A stretch of 64,000 nucleotides of DNA, from contig NC_083243.1 in NCBI RefSeq assembly GCF_032191835.1, positions 7,564,001 through 7,628,000 of the forward strand, written 5' to 3'. The notes under the pieces are model-generated. The model was not told the DNA's origin. It worked only from the letters and a program-made list of their open reading frames with translations, and made no database searches. Each line of letters begins with the position of its first letter. The stretch's first letter is position 1. This DNA comes from Heteronotia binoei (taxonomy: Eukaryota). Below are positions 60,046 through 64,000 of this stretch, one piece after another. The translations under genes and the position numbers were made by a program.

Positions 60046-60148
60046 GTGGTTGGACTCTTCGAGGTCCCTGATGGAGCAAGATGTGAAAGAGAATGAAGCC
60101 TTACTTCTCCGGTTCAAGTACTACAGCTTCTTCGATCTGAATCCTAAG
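60046..60148 (+). CDS. FERMT2: Kindlin-2 coding exon (equivalent to exon 6), 103 bp, phase 2-0
   Basis: [34 protein letters not shown]; cag at 60043-60045, gtacgc at 60149. Confidence 0.96.
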
Positions 60149-60235
60149 GTACGCAAGTGTGCCTGCAAACTCCAGTGGGGTTAGCTGTGTTAGTCTGTGG
60201 CAGCCATGTCGGTCTGTCAGTGTTAACATGCCAAA

Positions 60236-60722
60236 AAGAGCCAGTTTGGTGTGGAGAGCCACTTTGGTGTGGAGAGCCAGTTTGGTGTGGAGAGCCAGTT
60301 TGGTGTGGAGAGCCAGTTTGGCGTGGAGAGCCAGTTTGGTGTAGTGGTTAAGTGCGTGGACTCTTATCTGGGAGAACCGGGTTTGATTCTCCACTCCTCC
60401 ACTTGCACCTGCTAGCATGGCCTTGGGTCAGCCATAGCCCTGGCAGAGGTTGTCCTTGAAAGGGCAGCTGCTGTGAGAGCCCTCTCCAGCCCCACCCACC
60501 TCACAGGGTGTCTGTTGTGGGGGAGGAAGGGAAAGGAGATTGTGAGCCGCTCTGAGACTCTTCGGAGTGGAGGGCGGGATATAAATCCAATATCTTCATC
60601 TACCTCACAGGGTGTCTGTTGTGGGGGAGGAAGGTAAAGGAGATTGTGAGCCGCTCTGAGACTCTTCGGAGTGGAGGGCGGGATATAAATCCAATATCTT
60701 CTTCTTCTTCTTCTTCTTCTTC
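60236..60722 (+). mobile_element. Squam3-like SINE with 18-bp head present six times and a duplicated 3' end
   Basis: GAGAGCCAGTTTGGTGTG units at 60236, 60254, 60272, 60290, 60308, 60326; 3' ~100 bp repeated at about 60600-60697; (ctt)n tail. Confidence 0.85.
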
Positions 60723-62234
60723 AAAAAACACAACAGTGTTTTCATTAGAAGTGTGCTTGTTACGCCCACTTATAAGGGTAGTTCAGCAGAAGGCTTCAAA
60801 GCATTCTGCCTCCGTCGATAGTTCTGCCTTCCAGACTTTCTACATTTCTTGCTTGATGAGGGAACTCAGTGCAACCTGCCTCGAAGTTCTGATACTTTGC
60901 ATAGAGCTATGGTGCAGCCTCATTTGGAATACTGTGTACAGCTCTGATTGCTGTGACTTGGAGAAGACATCAGAGAGCTGGAGAACACGCAGAGAATGGC
61001 AACCAAGATGACTAAGGCGTTGTTGGCAGGCCTTGGATTCAGCAGGAGCTCAGCTCCTGAACCTTTCTGAGAGTTCCCCCCTCCTCCTTCCTACCTTGTC
61101 CATTGAATAGTAGGTGCAGCTACATAACAATCCCTGGATGAGCTCCACCACCTATTTTTCTACAAAATGACCCCCGCTTGTAGGAAAGGCACTCCAAGGA
61201 GAGGCTAAAGTGTCTGGGGCTTTTCAGTGTAGGGAAAAAGCAAAAAAAGGAGAGGCATAACAGAGTTTTGTAAAAATATGCATGAACTAGAGAAAGTGGG
61301 TTAGAGAACTTTTTTCTCCATCTCCCATAGTACTAGAACTCCAGGGAGACCCGTTGAAGTTGATTTGTAGCACATTCAAGGAGAAGAAAAGGACGTACTG
61401 GGAGGGGCCATGGCTCAAGGGTAGAGCATCTGCTTGGCATTCAGAAGGTCTCAGGTTTCAATCCCAGGCATCTCCAGTTGAAAAGGACCAAGCAATAGGT
61501 GACTGGAAAGACCTCATCCTGAGGCCTTGGAGAGCCACTGCCAGACTGACCTTGATGGACCAAAGGTCGGATTCAGTAAGGCAGCTCATTGTGTGTCTGT
61601 GTGTGCTGCTTCACTCAATAAGCATTTAAAGAGTAAAATTCATCTTATGTGGCTATAGTATGGCTGTGAGTATACATTGCTTCAGAAGTGAATTAGACAG
61701 AGACTCATGCAGTCTCTAGCCTCTAGAATGTAGCTTCTGCTTAAAAACCTCCAAAGAAGAGCCCACCATCTCCTGAGGAACAGGCTTCCTCAGGAGGTGG
61801 TGGGCTTTCCTTCTTGGGGGGCTTTTAAGCAGAGGCTAGATGGCCATCTGACAGCAGCGCTGATCCTGTGAACTTAGGCAGATCGTGAGAGGGGAGGGCA
61901 GGGAGGGTTTCATCAGTGCTTGCTTCTTGTGGCCCTTTCTTACACTCCCAGGGAAATGTTGATTGCCACTTTGAGGTCAGGAACCCAATTTTTTCTCCAG
62001 GCCAGTTTGACCAGGGATGGTTTTCTTTGCCATCTTCTGTGCATGGAGCAGGCGTCACTGGGTGTGTATTGGAGGAGGAGGCGAGATAGTTGTGGGTTTC
62101 CTGCATTGTGCAGAGGGTTGGACTACATGACCCTGAGGTCCTTTCCGTCTATGATTCTATACTAGCTGCAGTGGCTAAAGAGAATTTCCATATTCAGTTG
62201 GTGGGAAACTTTTGAATGCCAGTGCCAGAAGTAA

Positions 62235-62742
62235 GTAAAGTAAAGTAAATTTATTTTTATATCCCGCCCTCCCCCGCCAGAGGCGGGCTCAGGGCGGCTC
62301 ACAGACATGGAATACCATGATTTAAAAACACAATCTAGACAAAACAAATTTAAATACAATTCAATTACATAGGTTAATTAAAATAAATAAAACAGTTGTT
62401 ATGGATTAAAATTAGGTTAAGGTGCTATAATTCACAATCATACATAAGATGGCTAGGTGGCTATAGGTCAGTTTAGCCGGGTTCTGTCTTAAAAGCAAGC
62501 TGAAAGAGAATGGTTTTGCAAGCCCTGCGGAACTGATTCAGGTCCCGCAGGGCTCGCACCGTCTCTGGAAGTTGATTCCACCATCGAGGGGCTATTGCTG
62601 AAAAGGCTTGCTCCCTGGTTGTCTTCAGTCTAGCCTCTCTTGGCCCAGGGATTTTTAAAAGATTTTGAGAGCTGGATCTCAGTGCTCTCTGGGGAACATA
62701 TGGGGAGAGGCGGTCCCTAAGGTAGGCAGGTCCTAGGCCTAC
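62235..62742 (-). mobile_element. L2 LINE 3' fragment
   Basis: GLGPAYLRDRLSPYVPQRALRSS..AFSAIAPRWWNQLP..FRRACKTILF; tail tgtgagccgccctgag..gagggcgggatataaa. Confidence 0.85.
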
Positions 62743-63712
62743 CTGTGTTAGGTAAACAATAGGGTATTTTTCATTTAGTGGGCATGAACTGGAGAACTGT
62801 GGGCATGAACTAGTGGGCATGAACTGGAGAACTGAGCAAGCTGCTAGTCCGCATGTGCGAGTGGAATTAGCATAGGCAAGACACACAAAGCAGATCTGAT
62901 TGCTCTTTACCCCATGAACACAAGCAGTTCTTCTTCTCCACCCTACCAATTGAAGAGCTATCTTGGAGCACTTCTGATTAGGCAGGCATTCTTAATAAGA
63001 AAAAAGTCCGGATTTACCAGATGTTCTTCTCTGCAGCATTTAGAACTTTTGGTCATGTAAATTTTTGATGGTGTTGGTGTCTATATCATAGCACTGATGC
63101 TAACTTCTGATTAATGAACAGGCTTGTAGATATAGTAGGTACAACTAGGCAGGAAGTCATCACTGACCATGTGATTTGGGGCAACTGTTACACTGAAAGT
63201 ATCGGTCTATCAATAAACGTAGTTTTGTATCAAACCTGACTCGTCATTGAAACCGCATGCTTGACAGACATTGATCTGGCAAGTGAAATTGGGGTATTTC
63301 AGATTCATATGGTCTTGAGCTAAGAAGTAGAAACTAATGGATAAACTTATGGAGTGGAGGTCCATTAGTGGCTATTAGCCACAAGGTATAGATGGAACAC
63401 TCTGTCTGAGTCAGTGATGCTCTATATTCTTGGAGTTTGGGGAGGTGGCAACTGTGGGAGGGCTTCTGGAGTTCTGGCCCCTCTGGTGGGCCTCCTGATG
63501 GCACTTGGGTTTTGGCCACTGTTTTGGACACATAGTGTTGGATTGGGTGGGCCATTGGCCTGATCCAACAGGGCTTCTCTTATTTCTCAATGCTTCCCCC
63601 CCCCCTCATTCTTAATTACTCATTTGTTGTGACTTTCAGTTGCAAATGGGCATAGATGGGATCTTTCCTTAGGTGGGATGGTATACCCATTGCTTTGATT
63701 ATGTCCCCACAG

Positions 63713-63820
63713 TACGATGCAATCAGAATCAACCAGCTCTACGAACAGTCGAAATGGGCTATTCTTTTGGAAGAAATTGAGTGCACGGAAGAAGAGATGA
63801 TGATGTTTGCAGCTTTGCAG
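63713..63820 (+). CDS. FERMT2: Kindlin-2 coding exon (equivalent to exon 7; start of F2), 108 bp, phase 0-0
   Basis: [36 protein letters not shown]; cag at 63710-63712, gtaaac at 63821. Confidence 0.96.
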
Positions 63821-64000
63821 GTAAACGGAAGACCAGAGCTCCAGACTCTTTAATGTCCCACAAGAATAAATGATTTTTGGCCATCTTTTCATACAGCGTC
63901 CATAGAAAGCGTTGGAGTTCTCAGCCTATTGCACTCAGAGCGTTCAAAAGCTTTGCCCTGTATTCCTCCGGGAGCCAGAACGTTTTGTTCTAACAAAACT

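Noticed and set aside
60236-60343. CRISPR-like array of 18-bp repeats
   Set aside because: No spacers; it is a tandem copy of a SINE head in a eukaryotic intron

Overview
Eukaryotic (vertebrate) genomic DNA, most likely a gecko, inferred from abundant Squam3-like (CTT)n-tailed SINEs together with Bov-B, CR1, L2 and Penelope repeats. The window holds five consecutive coding exons of FERMT2 (kindlin-2) on the + strand. They match human exons 3-7 (about residues 53-321), all have GT-AG boundaries, and their phases join into one open frame. The rest is intronic. The main accessory feature is a structurally complete 6.0-kb DIRS1-type tyrosine-recombinase retrotransposon in intron 4 (50248-56251). 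It has asymmetric inverted terminal repeats, a near-perfect internal complementary region (ICR) and decayed gag and RT/RNaseH/methyltransferase-like frames. A second reading frame about 1.9 kb long overlaps pol and runs into an uninterrupted recombinase ORF. Also present: about 10 Penelope-type minimal hammerhead-ribozyme motifs (all with at least one lesion, often in inverted pairs), a Penelope GIY-YIG fragment with a 210-bp inverted arm, a 5'-truncated L1 with a 17-19 bp TSD, nine hAT MITEs with 8-bp TSDs, a Tc2-like MITE, a U2 snRNA 5' fragment, and several retroelement ends amplified in tandem. There are three assembly gaps. I found nothing I can call a wholly new system: the strongest items are well-preserved examples of known but under-studied element biology. 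All family names come from recalled motifs, not database searches.
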